DNA of 64,000 nucleotides. Origin: a virus. The notes under the pieces were generated by a model. The model ran no database searches. It had not been told where the DNA came from and saw nothing but the letters and a program-made list of their open reading frames with translations. Location: the IMG/VR virus record IMGVR_UViG_3300045934_000106, positions 3,919 to 67,918 of that record; one strand, written 5' to 3'. A program made the translations under genes and the position numbers. This document shows, in pieces, positions 28,401 through 36,526 of this stretch. How positions within the stretch are numbered: the first letter of the stretch is position 1; each line of letters opens with the position of its first letter.

Positions 28401-31400
28401 AGCGTGACGCCGACGCGCACGTACTGCGACATCGGGAGGATCACGGCGTCCCAATCGTTGTTCGCAATGCGCGCGATGAGTCGCTGACGGTTCTTCTTCT
28501 CGAAGTCGGCTTTCGCCGGCACGATCACGCGGGCGCCGGGATAGAACAGCAGATAATCGCGCCGCCACTGTTCGATCAGGTGGTTCGGCACCACGATCAT
28601 GGGCTTGCGCGCCAGGCCGAGACGCTTCATCTCGCCGGACGTCGCGATCATCGCGAACGTCTTGCCGGCGCCGACGGCGTGCGCCAGGAGCGTATTGCCA
28701 GCTTGCAGGGCCCGCCACACGGCATTCTTCTGCCAGGGCCGCAGCTGGATCTCAGGGTTGCTGTTCGGGATGATCAGCTTCGACCCGTCGAATTGCCGTG
28801 GCGCCTCGCGGTTAAACTGCGCGTTATAGAGCTTGGTGAGCTGGTCCGCGACCTGCGCATCCGCGCGCCACCACGTGCTCCACTCTTCGCGCAGCTGCTT
28901 CAGCGACTGCCGGTACTGCTCGGTGGCCTGCGTGTCGACGTAGGTCGACCCGTCCGGGTTCTCACGCTTCACCGTCGGCAGTTTGCCGTTGAGAGCCTCC
29001 GCCAACCACTCGGAGTACACGAGGTTGGGCGGCATGAGGTCGTCGCGGCCCCACCCTGTGACGTAGTACTGCACCCGGTGCGCGTTGTTCACGAGCTTGA
29101 TGTCGAGGTCGCTGTTGGCGCCGCGCGACTTGAAGAACTTATCGAATGCCGTGATCGGCACCCACGTTGCGCCGAACGGTGCGTCGAAGTCTTCGGGCGT
29201 GAGCGGCGCCGGCTGCACCTTGTTCAGCGCTTCGACGTTCCGCCGGTAGGTGTGATCCTGCAGCGCGGCGGCTTCCGCCGCGGCGAGCTTCGTGACGACG
29301 TCACCGGACAGATACTCCTCGGTCGTCACCCATCCCTTCGTCGCCGGATCGCGGTAGACCTCGGCGCCGAGTTCCTCGGTCAGCTGCTCAGCGGTCTTGC
29401 CCGTGAGCTGCGTCATGTAGGGCAGGTCGACCTGCCCCTTCCATGCGAGGCTCTGCACGAGCGCGTCCTGCGCGCTGGCGGCGGTCGTCGGCTCTTCGAC
29501 CGGCTGAATCGTGCGCTTGGTGAAGAACGGCGCCAACCCCTTGAACTGCAGGACGGCGGGCTTGCCCTTCGTCTCCTTGATAAACTCGACATCTTCGAGC
29601 GCCAGGATGCGCGCCCCGTTGGGATCGAGGTTGATGACGCGCGCGTTCTCGCGCGTGTTGACGTGGCCGAGCGCCGACACGAAGCGGTCGTAGTGCTTCC
29701 GTAGATCCGCCTGGGCGGCGGCGAGGGCCTCATCCGAGGCGCGCGATACCATCGCGTCGAGCACCTGCTGATAGGCGTCGCGGAGTGGGACGAAATACTT
29801 GGCGCGGTCGAGCGCCTTGCCCTTCAGCTCGAGCGGCTTCATCGTGCCCTTGTCAAACACGTAGGCTTTGCCCTTGTCGATCAGGAGGGTGCCTTGTTTG
29901 GCATCGGCCGGCGCGTCCTTCGCCACCTTGCGCGGCGGCGTCTTCGACGGCTTATAGGCGCCGGTCTCGAACTGCGCGACCGCGGACGCAAGGCGCTCCG
30001 GCGTCAGGTCCCCGACGACGTTGTATTGCGCGTCGCGCGTGCGTTGCATCTTGCCGGATCCGTCCGCCGTGCCCAGCACCATCTCGGGATGCTTCGCGAA
30101 ATACTGATTGACCGGGAACTTCACCTTGTCCTTCGCCCAGAACTCCCCCTTGGTGGCTTTCTTGGCATCCCGCACGACCTGAATGGTCTCGGTGTAGAGC
30201 CACTGTTGTGCGGCAACGCCCTTGACGTTCGGATCTTTGCGTCGCAACACGATCACGTCCGTTACCACTTCGGTGCCGGCGGTGGACTGGAAGGATGTGT
30301 CCGGCAGGCGGAACGCGCCGAGGAAGTCCGCGCGTGCGTCGAGATACTTGCGCACCACGTCACTCTGGCTGTCCATGGTGTAGCGCGACGTGACGAACAC
30401 GACGAGCCCGCCCGGACGAACCAGATCGAGCGCCTTGCCAAAGAAGTAGTTATGCAGCGACCGCGACATCACCTGCTTCTCGGAACCGCTGAACGCCGGG
30501 TCAAAGACCGGGAGCCTCCCGAACGGCACATTCGAGATGACGAGGTCGAAATAGTGCTCCGGCAATCGCGCTTCCTGCAGGGGCGACGTCTGGATATGGG
30601 CGCCTTGATAGAGCTGACGCGCAATGGCCGAGGCAATCGGCTCCATGTCGACGCCGTAGAGCGTCGTGCGCGTGTTGGTGCGGATGCTGGCCGGCATCGT
30701 GCCGAAGAAGTGGCCCGTGCCGATGGCCGGCTCGAGGATCGATCCGCCCTTGAACCCCAGACGCTCGACCAGATTCCACATCGCGCGCGGCAGCTCGTTG
30801 AAGGAATAGTGCGCGTTGACGGTGGAGTCTCCCATCGCGCTCAGTTCCGCCTTCGTGAGGAGGCGATCCAGCTCCTGGCGCGCGAGCTTGTGCCGAGGAT
30901 CTGTGACGTGGTCGACGCCACGCGGGTCAACGACGGGCGCCAGGTTGGTGTGCCCCCAGCCGATATAGCGCGCGAGCACGGCCTGCTCCGCATCGGTGGC
31001 CATGCGGTTGTTCTCGGCCCGCAGCGCTTTCAGCAGGCGCAACGCCGCCATGTTGTCGTCGAGTTTCTTCGTCCATCCGCCTTCGGTGAGGACCTCGGCG
31101 TTGTCGATGACGAAGTGTCGCGGGGCTTGCCCGCGCGCGTGACCGGCCGCTACTTCGGGGTCTGTGGCACTGTCGGCGGTGTCCACATGAGCGGGGCTGC
31201 TTGCTCCCGCGCTTCGTGGAGCGGGAGCCCCTGAGCCCTCAACAGCAGCTCGTGCTCGTGTGCCGCGTTGACCGCGTTTCTGACCGCCTGTTCGACGTCC
31301 CTCGGGTTGGCTCGGTGTGCTCGTCTGGTCGGCGGGCTGTGCTCCAGCCACACCCGCAGCACCTCCGTCTCGATCCCCTCCAGCGGCGTCTTCGTCACGG

Positions 31401-34400
31401 GCTCCGACGGCGTCCCCACGACGTGTATCGTCTTGTCCATCGGCCGTCTCCTGAGTGGTATTCTGCGCCTCTTCCGGCAGGTCTGCAACTCGGCGGTCTT
31501 CGTTCCGCAACCGGCGCCAGGCAATCTCAAAATGCCGCTGGAGCAGGGCCGCCAGCGGTGGGTAGTCCTCCTTGAACGTCAGCCACGCCAACTTGAATTC
31601 GACGACGCCATCATCAATGTAGGTGCGGACGATCCCCACCATATCGACGACATCCTGCGGATCGATGCCGGCGGTGAGCGTGGTGCCGTGGCGGGCGGCG
31701 AGTTTCTTCGCCAGCTCGTCGCGCTTCGCCTTGTTGGCCGCCTTGCGCGCGTCGAGCTCGGCGCGTTGCGTGTCGACGACGGGCGCCGATGGCTTCGCGT
31801 GCGGCGCCGTGACGAACGACGGCAGCACGTACTTCCATTCGGGCTCGACCTGCGGTGTCTTCGGCTTCACCGGCACGCCCGGCAACTCCACCGGAGGCGC
31901 CGGTTTCTCTGCCTTCGGTCCGATCTTCCGCTTCAGGACGATCTTCTCTGCGTCGGCGATGGCCTGATTCTTCTGAGGGTGTAGTGACTCCAGACGCGCC
32001 GCCGTGGGTACCGGCGACAAGACCTGAACTCTGACGGCCCACCGTTTACCGATGCCCGTATCTTCGAGGTCGACGGTGACCCTCACCTCTTCCCCGTTGG
32101 GGGTCCAGCCCTTGAAGCCTCCGACCGTATCAAGGTCGCGCTCGAATTGCGTAGTGTGCTCGCCGCCCGCGGTGAGTGGTGCCAGTCGCACGCGATCAAC
32201 CGGGATCCACTTCGACAGCTCGCCGTTCGGTTCGAGTGCGATCTTGACGTTGCGTGTCGCGCCGTCGAACGCATGCACGGTGCCCATGCCTTCGTCGGCG
32301 ATGACGCGTTCACCCACTTTGATGCCATTGGCGCTCGTCGACATCGCCTCGCCACGGCCCATCGGCTCTGAGCTGTCGGCCTTCGGCGTGACGGGCAGAT
32401 CCGGCGGCTTCGCCTGTTGAGCACCGAAGTCCAGTGACGGCAGCGTCATGCCGGCCTTGGTGCCGTGCCGCGTCATGAACGCCTTGATGGGCGCCATCGT
32501 CGCTTGCACCTGTTCGACGGTGGCCGTGGGCAACTGCGGATACGCACCCATCCCCGCGCGCAGGTGTCCGTGGATGAGGCCCTGGAGCTTGCCGGCCGCC
32601 TGCCCTGGCGCCTTCCAATACGGCCATCCGTCGCTATGGCTGTCGACTTCCTGCTGGAACGCTTGCAGGAAGCGCGACGCCGGACCGAGGACGGAATGCC
32701 GATCGAAGCGCGAGACCGCCTCCTCAATCTCGCTTCGGTTCATCCACACGGACGGCGCATCGGCCGGCTTGTCAGCCGCCGCGGGTGTCGCTTTCTGCTC
32801 CGCCTTTGCCGGGCCCAGCCCAGGATTGATGGTGCGCGCGTCGACAAACGTGACGGTCTCGTCGCCTTCCCACTGCACGCGGAGGTAATCACCCTTCGGC
32901 CCGGGCTCCTGTGCCGGCGACGCGACGTGGCCGATCTTCCACTCCATCGGATCGACGCTACGTTGGTCTGTGACCTGCTGGCCGGCGGTGTAACGCGCAG
33001 CCGCTGCGCCCATGCTTTCGATCACCTCGACCTTTGGCCCGGCGGCCGGTGTCGGCTTCTTCTCCTGCACTGGCGGTGCGGTTTTCTTCGAGGCGGCTGC
33101 CTTCGGCGCAGGCGCCGCGGCCTCTGGTGCGTGGGCGACGACGTCCATGCCCTTGAGCATGAGACTGTCGTTGGGGACCGTCCCTTCGCTGGTGGCGGTC
33201 TTGCCTTTGCCCTTGTTCGCGATCTTGAGTAGGCTCCACTTGTTGGCGCCGATCTTCGTGGCGGCCCAGGCGCCGGATTGGCGGCGCGTGCCGATGGGAT
33301 CGTCTTGTGGAAGTGATTTTTGACTTCCACGTTTCACTTCCACCGCCGGAGGTTGACTTCCAGCCGCCGCCTGCTCCGCTTCGTATTCCTTGAGGATCTC
33401 TGCGGCCAGTTCCTCGTCGGACATCTCCGCGGCGGCCTTCGGTGTCGCGGCGACAGGCGGTGGCGCCTTCTCCTCCGCCTTCGGCGTGACCGGTGCCGAT
33501 CGCTTCGGCACGCGGAACTTCATCTCACTGGCGGTCGTCGTGCGTTTCTTCGGGTTGCGCACGTGCATCGTGACTTCGTAGTCGATGGTGACGACGTCGC
33601 CGTCGCGCGTGACGCGAGTCACCTTAAACGTCGAGTCTTTCTCCTGCGGACTGTCTTGGATCCCAAGGATGTTCTTCGCGGCGGTGCGGCGCCGCGCGTC
33701 GTTCATCGACTCCCATTCGCCGCGGCCCATCGACGCCTTGATGTGCACCTCCGTCGCGTCCATGACCGCGTCGTAGGCTTTGCGCGTGATCGGGTCGGCT
33801 TTCTCGGCGATGTTCTCGGCGAAGCGGGGTGCGGCTGGCGTGTCCGCGAGCGCCGCGTCCGCTGCCGCGAGCACGGATTCAGGTGTCGGCGCGGTACCGC
33901 CCAACGGGATCTCAACCTGCTCGCCGTTGCGGTCGGAGAACACGAGCCGATCGAGCGTGACGGACTGTCCAGCGATCGACGTGTCGCCGTCGTACTTCTT
34001 GCCCAAGCCAGGCTTGACGTACGCCACGGTCGCATGCGGCTTGTAGTCGGGATGCGTGTCGGTGTGCGGCAGCGCATCGGCGATCTTCTTGTTCAGTCGA
34101 TGCAGGTCGTCGGAGTCGATGTCGACCTTGACGGCGTCGGCGGTGCCGTCCTCTACGTCCGGGAAGTGCGACGTCTTGCCGAACGTGACGCGGATCGGTG
34201 GCTCATCCGCCAGCAACGCGCGCACTTCATCGACGTAGTCGCCGTGCAGACCATACTTGACCGTGATATGCGGCTGCTCTTCGCGGCCGTGCTCAGGCGC
34301 CAGGTCCTCGTCGGGGATCTTCGCGGAGAGCGTACTGATCTGTTTCGCCGCATCCGGCGGCAGGTTCGCCTGCGTCGACGCGAACTTGTATTTGGTCTCG

Positions 34401-36526
34401 CGCTCCGGCTCTTCCTCGACGTCCTCCTCGACGTCGGCCATCGGATCGGGGAACGTCTCGCCGCGCTCTTTGGCGGCCGTCTCGCGGGACGTCTCGAGCT
34501 GAGACTGCTGCTCGCCCATCGCCCGCAGTTCCTTCGATCCGAGTTCTTCGCCGCGCGCGAGCTTCTCGCGGATGCGGGTATACGCCGCGTCCTGTTCCGG
34601 CGTGCTGATGCGATCCGCGCCTCGACGCTCTGGGCCGGTGTACAGGGTCCGGACGGGCGCCCGGTCCCGGCCCCCTGTACGGGCTGGGGGCGTCTCCGCC
34701 AGCGCGGCATCGACCGCCGCCAGCATCTCCTCCGGCGTTCGTTCGAGCGTCACGCCGCGCGCGTCAAGGATCGACTGCCAGTGTCGGACGTTCGCCTCGG
34801 CCTGCTGTAGCACCTCCGGCGAGGCACGCATGCCGCCCTTCTTCTTCGTGAGCTGGTCGAGCGTGCCCTGTGCGTGCAGCAGCTCCATCCGGATCTGATC
34901 GTCCGGCCACGCGGCGACATCGGCCGGCAGCTCGTCGCCCGGCTGCATGTCCTCCGGCGTCGGCACCGACAGCGTCGCGTCAATCTGCGCGAGCAGGTCT
35001 TCGGCCGCCGGGGCCTCAAGCGGGAGGTCCTGTCCGGTCTGTCCGGTCTGTCCGATCGCGGTCTGTCCGGCCGGATCGACGCGGGCGGCGGCCTGTGCGG
35101 GCGTCATGCCCGCCATCTCCGCCTCGGAGAGGCCGAGCGCTTCGAGCGGCCCGCGCATCTGTTGCGCGAGCTGGGACGGCGTCACCGTCTCCGGCGGTGG
35201 CGGCGGGACCGGCGGACGACCGAGCTGTGACACCGCGCCCGCGCCCCCGCCCATCACGGCGCCCGCGAACGCGCCCAGCACCGCGGCATCGTCGACGTTC
35301 TCGTGAAGCGGCCGGCCCGTGGCGAGGTTCTGCGCCACCTGCTCTTGTACGGACTGCGGCAGTTCTTCGAGGACCCCTTCGTTGAACGCCGCGAAGCCGA
35401 CCTCAAGGACAGCCCGCGTGAAGCCTTTACGGGCGTTCGGGTTGAGCGCGGCGGCGGCCAGCAACGTATCGACGTCGGCGACCCCCAGCGTCTCGGCGAC
35501 CTTGCCGCCGACGAACCCCAGCATCCCCGTCAACGCGCCGGACGAGATGGCGATCCCCGCTTGGCCAGGGCCGAGCACGCCGCCGGAGTCGTGCCGGATC
35601 TGTTCGGCGGTCTGCCCGCCCGCCACGGCACCCTCGCCGATGGCACCCGCGGTGACCGGCGACAGTGCTGGCGCCGCTTTGAGCAGCGGACGCGCCACGC
35701 CGAGCCCGCCCATCATCGACGGGGCGGATTCGAGCGCGGTATGGCCGATCACCGATGGATTCGACAGCGCCGCCATCGCCTTGTCGAGGAACCCGGAGGC
35801 GTCCTGCACGGTGGCGAACGCCTGTTTCTGCGGGTCCGAGTAGTAGCGCGACAGGATCTCCTTGGCGAGCGCCGGCTGATACCCCGCGGCTTCGGCCGCG
35901 CGCATGAACGCGCCGCCTTCGTAGCCGAGATCGCCCGGTCCGGCAGCATCCACCGCGCCGAGATACGCGGCCACGACGGCATCGGCCAGCCCAATCCCGG
36001 CTTCCGGCAGACCCACGACCCCCTTCGCGAGCGAGATGGCGGGGTCCTGTGCGTAGCGTTCAAACGGCGTGGCCGGTGAGAACGGCGCCGGCGGTGCCGG
36101 TGGCGGCGGCGACGGGAGCGCCTGCCCACTCAGGTTGACGACAGGACGGCCGATCCCCGCGCGCTGCTCGCCCGCGGACGGCGAGATCGGCACATGACTG
36201 CGCGCCATCGTCGCCCCGGTCGCTTGACGCTTCGCGGCCTGGACTTGCGCCACGGATGGCCCTGGCTGCATCGAAGCGGCCCCTGGCTGCATCAAACCTG
36301 GCCCCGGCTGCATACGTGCCCGGCTCGACATCGGTGCCAAGGGCGCCATCGTGGTTGACAGGGCGGGCACCGTAGGCGGCGTCGAGTCATCCGCCAGCGT
36401 AGAGTCGATGTCGGCGAGCAACGACGACAGGTCCGGCGTCTTCGTCCGGATGGTCTGGGACTCTTGCAGCGTCGCGTCGATGTCGGCCAGCAGCGACTGG
36501 AGGGAAGAACCGGGCTGCTGTGCCAC
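22430..36526 (-). CDS. giant polyvalent DarB-like protein: 2H phosphoesterase, N6-adenine methyltransferase, SNF2 helicase, zincin and LPD38 domains
   Basis: HITV/HATV 2H motifs; LEPAIGTG and NVPFG; HAVGAGKT, DEAH, ATGTP, QREGRIRRQGN; FHEAGH; YQELPAWEK...RIPKPFEWG. Confidence 0.9.
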   Translation of the reverse strand: MAQQPGSSLQSLLADIDATLQESQTIRTKTPDLSSLLADIDSTLADDSTPPTVPALSTTMAPLAPMSSRARMQPGPGLMQPGAASMQPGPSVAQVQAAKRQATGATMARSHVPISPSAGEQRAGIGRPVVNLSGQALPSPPPPAPPAPFSPATPFERYAQDPAISLAKGVVGLPEAGIGLADAVVAAYLGAVDAAGPGDLGYEGGAFMRAAEAAGYQPALAKEILSRYYSDPQKQAFATVQDASGFLDKAMAALSNPSVIGHTALESAPSMMGGLGVARPLLKAAPALSPVTAGAIGEGAVAGGQTAEQIRHDSGGVLGPGQAGIAISSGALTGMLGFVGGKVAETLGVADVDTLLAAAALNPNARKGFTRAVLEVGFAAFNEGVLEELPQSVQEQVAQNLATGRPLHENVDDAAVLGAFAGAVMGGGAGAVSQLGRPPVPPPPPETVTPSQLAQQMRGPLEALGLSEAEMAGMTPAQAAARVDPAGQTAIGQTGQTGQDLPLEAPAAEDLLAQIDATLSVPTPEDMQPGDELPADVAAWPDDQIRMELLHAQGTLDQLTKKKGGMRASPEVLQQAEANVRHWQSILDARGVTLERTPEEMLAAVDAALAETPPARTGGRDRAPVRTLYTGPERRGADRISTPEQDAAYTRIREKLARGEELGSKELRAMGEQQSQLETSRETAAKERGETFPDPMADVEEDVEEEPERETKYKFASTQANLPPDAAKQISTLSAKIPDEDLAPEHGREEQPHITVKYGLHGDYVDEVRALLADEPPIRVTFGKTSHFPDVEDGTADAVKVDIDSDDLHRLNKKIADALPHTDTHPDYKPHATVAYVKPGLGKKYDGDTSIAGQSVTLDRLVFSDRNGEQVEIPLGGTAPTPESVLAAADAALADTPAAPRFAENIAEKADPITRKAYDAVMDATEVHIKASMGRGEWESMNDARRRTAAKNILGIQDSPQEKDSTFKVTRVTRDGDVVTIDYEVTMHVRNPKKRTTTASEMKFRVPKRSAPVTPKAEEKAPPPVAATPKAAAEMSDEELAAEILKEYEAEQAAAGSQPPAVEVKRGSQKSLPQDDPIGTRRQSGAWAATKIGANKWSLLKIANKGKGKTATSEGTVPNDSLMLKGMDVVAHAPEAAAPAPKAAASKKTAPPVQEKKPTPAAGPKVEVIESMGAAAARYTAGQQVTDQRSVDPMEWKIGHVASPAQEPGPKGDYLRVQWEGDETVTFVDARTINPGLGPAKAEQKATPAAADKPADAPSVWMNRSEIEEAVSRFDRHSVLGPASRFLQAFQQEVDSHSDGWPYWKAPGQAAGKLQGLIHGHLRAGMGAYPQLPTATVEQVQATMAPIKAFMTRHGTKAGMTLPSLDFGAQQAKPPDLPVTPKADSSEPMGRGEAMSTSANGIKVGERVIADEGMGTVHAFDGATRNVKIALEPNGELSKWIPVDRVRLAPLTAGGEHTTQFERDLDTVGGFKGWTPNGEEVRVTVDLEDTGIGKRWAVRVQVLSPVPTAARLESLHPQKNQAIADAEKIVLKRKIGPKAEKPAPPVELPGVPVKPKTPQVEPEWKYVLPSFVTAPHAKPSAPVVDTQRAELDARKAANKAKRDELAKKLAARHGTTLTAGIDPQDVVDMVGIVRTYIDDGVVEFKLAWLTFKEDYPPLAALLQRHFEIAWRRLRNEDRRVADLPEEAQNTTQETADGQDDTRRGDAVGARDEDAAGGDRDGGAAGVAGAQPADQTSTPSQPEGRRTGGQKRGQRGTRARAAVEGSGAPAPRSAGASSPAHVDTADSATDPEVAAGHARGQAPRHFVIDNAEVLTEGGWTKKLDDNMAALRLLKALRAENNRMATDAEQAVLARYIGWGHTNLAPVVDPRGVDHVTDPRHKLARQELDRLLTKAELSAMGDSTVNAHYSFNELPRAMWNLVERLGFKGGSILEPAIGTGHFFGTMPASIRTNTRTTLYGVDMEPIASAIARQLYQGAHIQTSPLQEARLPEHYFDLVISNVPFGRLPVFDPAFSGSEKQVMSRSLHNYFFGKALDLVRPGGLVVFVTSRYTMDSQSDVVRKYLDARADFLGAFRLPDTSFQSTAGTEVVTDVIVLRRKDPNVKGVAAQQWLYTETIQVVRDAKKATKGEFWAKDKVKFPVNQYFAKHPEMVLGTADGSGKMQRTRDAQYNVVGDLTPERLASAVAQFETGAYKPSKTPPRKVAKDAPADAKQGTLLIDKGKAYVFDKGTMKPLELKGKALDRAKYFVPLRDAYQQVLDAMVSRASDEALAAAQADLRKHYDRFVSALGHVNTRENARVINLDPNGARILALEDVEFIKETKGKPAVLQFKGLAPFFTKRTIQPVEEPTTAASAQDALVQSLAWKGQVDLPYMTQLTGKTAEQLTEELGAEVYRDPATKGWVTTEEYLSGDVVTKLAAAEAAALQDHTYRRNVEALNKVQPAPLTPEDFDAPFGATWVPITAFDKFFKSRGANSDLDIKLVNNAHRVQYYVTGWGRDDLMPPNLVYSEWLAEALNGKLPTVKRENPDGSTYVDTQATEQYRQSLKQLREEWSTWWRADAQVADQLTKLYNAQFNREAPRQFDGSKLIIPNSNPEIQLRPWQKNAVWRALQAGNTLLAHAVGAGKTFAMIATSGEMKRLGLARKPMIVVPNHLIEQWRRDYLLFYPGARVIVPAKADFEKKNRQRLIARIANNDWDAVILPMSQYVRVGVTLDTLRAFVEEQEAQLLAEGADSLDMTVEEFDQAVTEAADGDKRAKQRVMGRGVEESTKDIVRALIRLRTRMQKRLDQQAKDAPVEFEKLGVDALLIDEAHLFKNLYFSSRHNKIVGLRGSDSDRAMDMFLKARLINQASNYRNLMFATGTPVSNAISELYTMFRYLAQHTLDRFGMAGFDSWMSGYAEASPAMEKAAGTGYKERIRLREWSNLRELSKLFRRFTDVLTTDDLEQSGVLKLPKLKGGRPTVVALKPHPLMPKFMHELDDRIEALKTGRVDPKDDNHLLITTQAGLAAIDMRLVKPEAEDDPNGRIRTAARELAKRYTEHAATKGTQLVFLDVGVPPAKEMPPLPPSVVGGQAAAAPVQEEAAADDETDDEAKDDIVDEEAEFDEAMRDIAAAGHMRNLYEELKRVLVREHKIPADEIAFIQQAQTPGEQGRLFAAMNDGRVRIMIASTAKGGVGMNVQKRLVALHHLDVPWRPADMEQREGRIRRQGNTNEEIEVLRYVTEGSFDEYRWSLLAIKQGFIYKMLRGEVNKMDDVDPSQLDMEVAAALASGDPRTLKMLNIERDLKGLRARYTNWSRKRQAAQGEIDRTVEFLGRAHPRIEKLKAKLEELKAWHEKPTVTLTVKAGKQWGMDSIQRSEPRTYDWKDPEARKQFQADVEAVMKLDAAYVGADEMAMGTAGPFTLEYTRGTQAHNDEGVQFYTPAISVRLEKDPVGTSPGYSPHSKLQGTIPSYTRSLDAYFGVQRLASEIADSEKWTERYQQEVETNRKLLDAPFKQLAELEAKEAELFQLRAELGMERAESASDDKAVEIYARRLLSAADLGTGQDDLWEAVKKRDLESRVRERMTALQPAPEPAPAAADTDEDSDDDTPSGSVSSLPVSVPPRPIPMPPPKGSGLPVSANLRPSAIVNQIRQALGGVPVREKHFRQRARGIYKDDVESIRVKVANDLMTIFHEAGHGLDISILGIKRNDKRWKAELHALGVPTSRPSYTAGEVRREGAANFFREWLLDPSAVQAAAPNYFAEFTKQLATKPDLEQALHEARTNVQGYLGMSYPERLEARIDYTGKGPATGLRLAATDPKAALRHAATNLVDDLQPIKRAVDAMRDGAAVAFRQNAYVLARLARGAAGKAQAFLEWGVRARNGKFISGSLADALKPVSKNDETLKKFGNYLVALRVVELKDTKKRTLPVETGISLTEAIETIKVTKQRADFTAFEQARDAVYAYQDALLEYARQYGAMSDEQIAKIKKLNEFYIPFKRVMEEVEARMSGAMRIGNRTVPVKRIKGSGLDIVNPFESIIVNTHAIVDMVEKNRAMMALANQADRSKASSRLGGLEKIPAPQIPDTVNVMAILEAFAGQDPAIADFIQATGLTDRDLVTLFTPATFVTPGQTLVTVIRDGRREFYDVHNPELYEAITRIGANLKSSVLATFVEPFTRVLRAGATLTPHFIARNPARDALVAFLQSRYGFIPGYDTARGLIELVRGTEVAKQFFASGIDQTAMVGQDRQRIRETLGRLNRQDAKALLRYWPMHPLQFMQMVSSQLEMATRMGEFKLALEAGGVEQGVLKRLFGAKQFTINEETLTRAALAARDVTTDFSRGGRWTRELNRYSAFFNARVQGYVRIGETVARDPVGTLEKVAAMMLFSAILAWWNHDDDEYQELPAWEKRTYWHLRFHGADYFIRIPKPFEWGYAADLAEAAAHEVMGNAEHWKRLRPSDSDMGQTVVSVMPTVVLPILEVMANYSTFRDRNIVSPFDLDLPEEDQHNDFTSETAKALGRLMKWSPAKIEHLFYGYTAGMGRIAVIYIADPVLGKLGLLPAVKERAPRDRHDVPFVVKPLADVFHRDAAFSSQSVSIEAFYDAYTEMTGAEQAMRRAARVNDATRGRELAAEHQDLGRWGERADTRQRGVAGFTGDRANRLRAGKRRIDEIRDGIDEIYAASPEAMTPEQKRAALDRALEELVHTARLATGKAGLQGMPRHRLPVGR
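31150..31440 (-). CDS. 96-aa protein overprinted in the +1 frame of the giant gene
   Basis: AGGAG RBS 7 nt before the ATG; helical, protein-like sequence while the host frame is a G/R/A/D-rich linker. Confidence 0.6.
   Translation of the reverse strand: MDKTIHVVGTPSEPVTKTPLEGIETEVLRVWLEHSPPTRRAHRANPRDVEQAVRNAVNAAHEHELLLRAQGLPLHEAREQAAPLMWTPPTVPQTPK

Noticed and set aside
23774-34810. Long plus-strand ORFs (e.g. 23774-25360, 28070-29704, 33320-34810)
   Set aside because: Antisense shadows of a high-GC coding strand with no recognisable motifs
35031-35070. TGTCCGGTC tandem repeats
   Set aside because: Short coding repeat (GQT units) in a disordered linker
22430-36526. Tape measure protein
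   Set aside because: Carries enzymatic methyltransferase, helicase and 2H motifs; no tail tube or tail chaperone genes are evident
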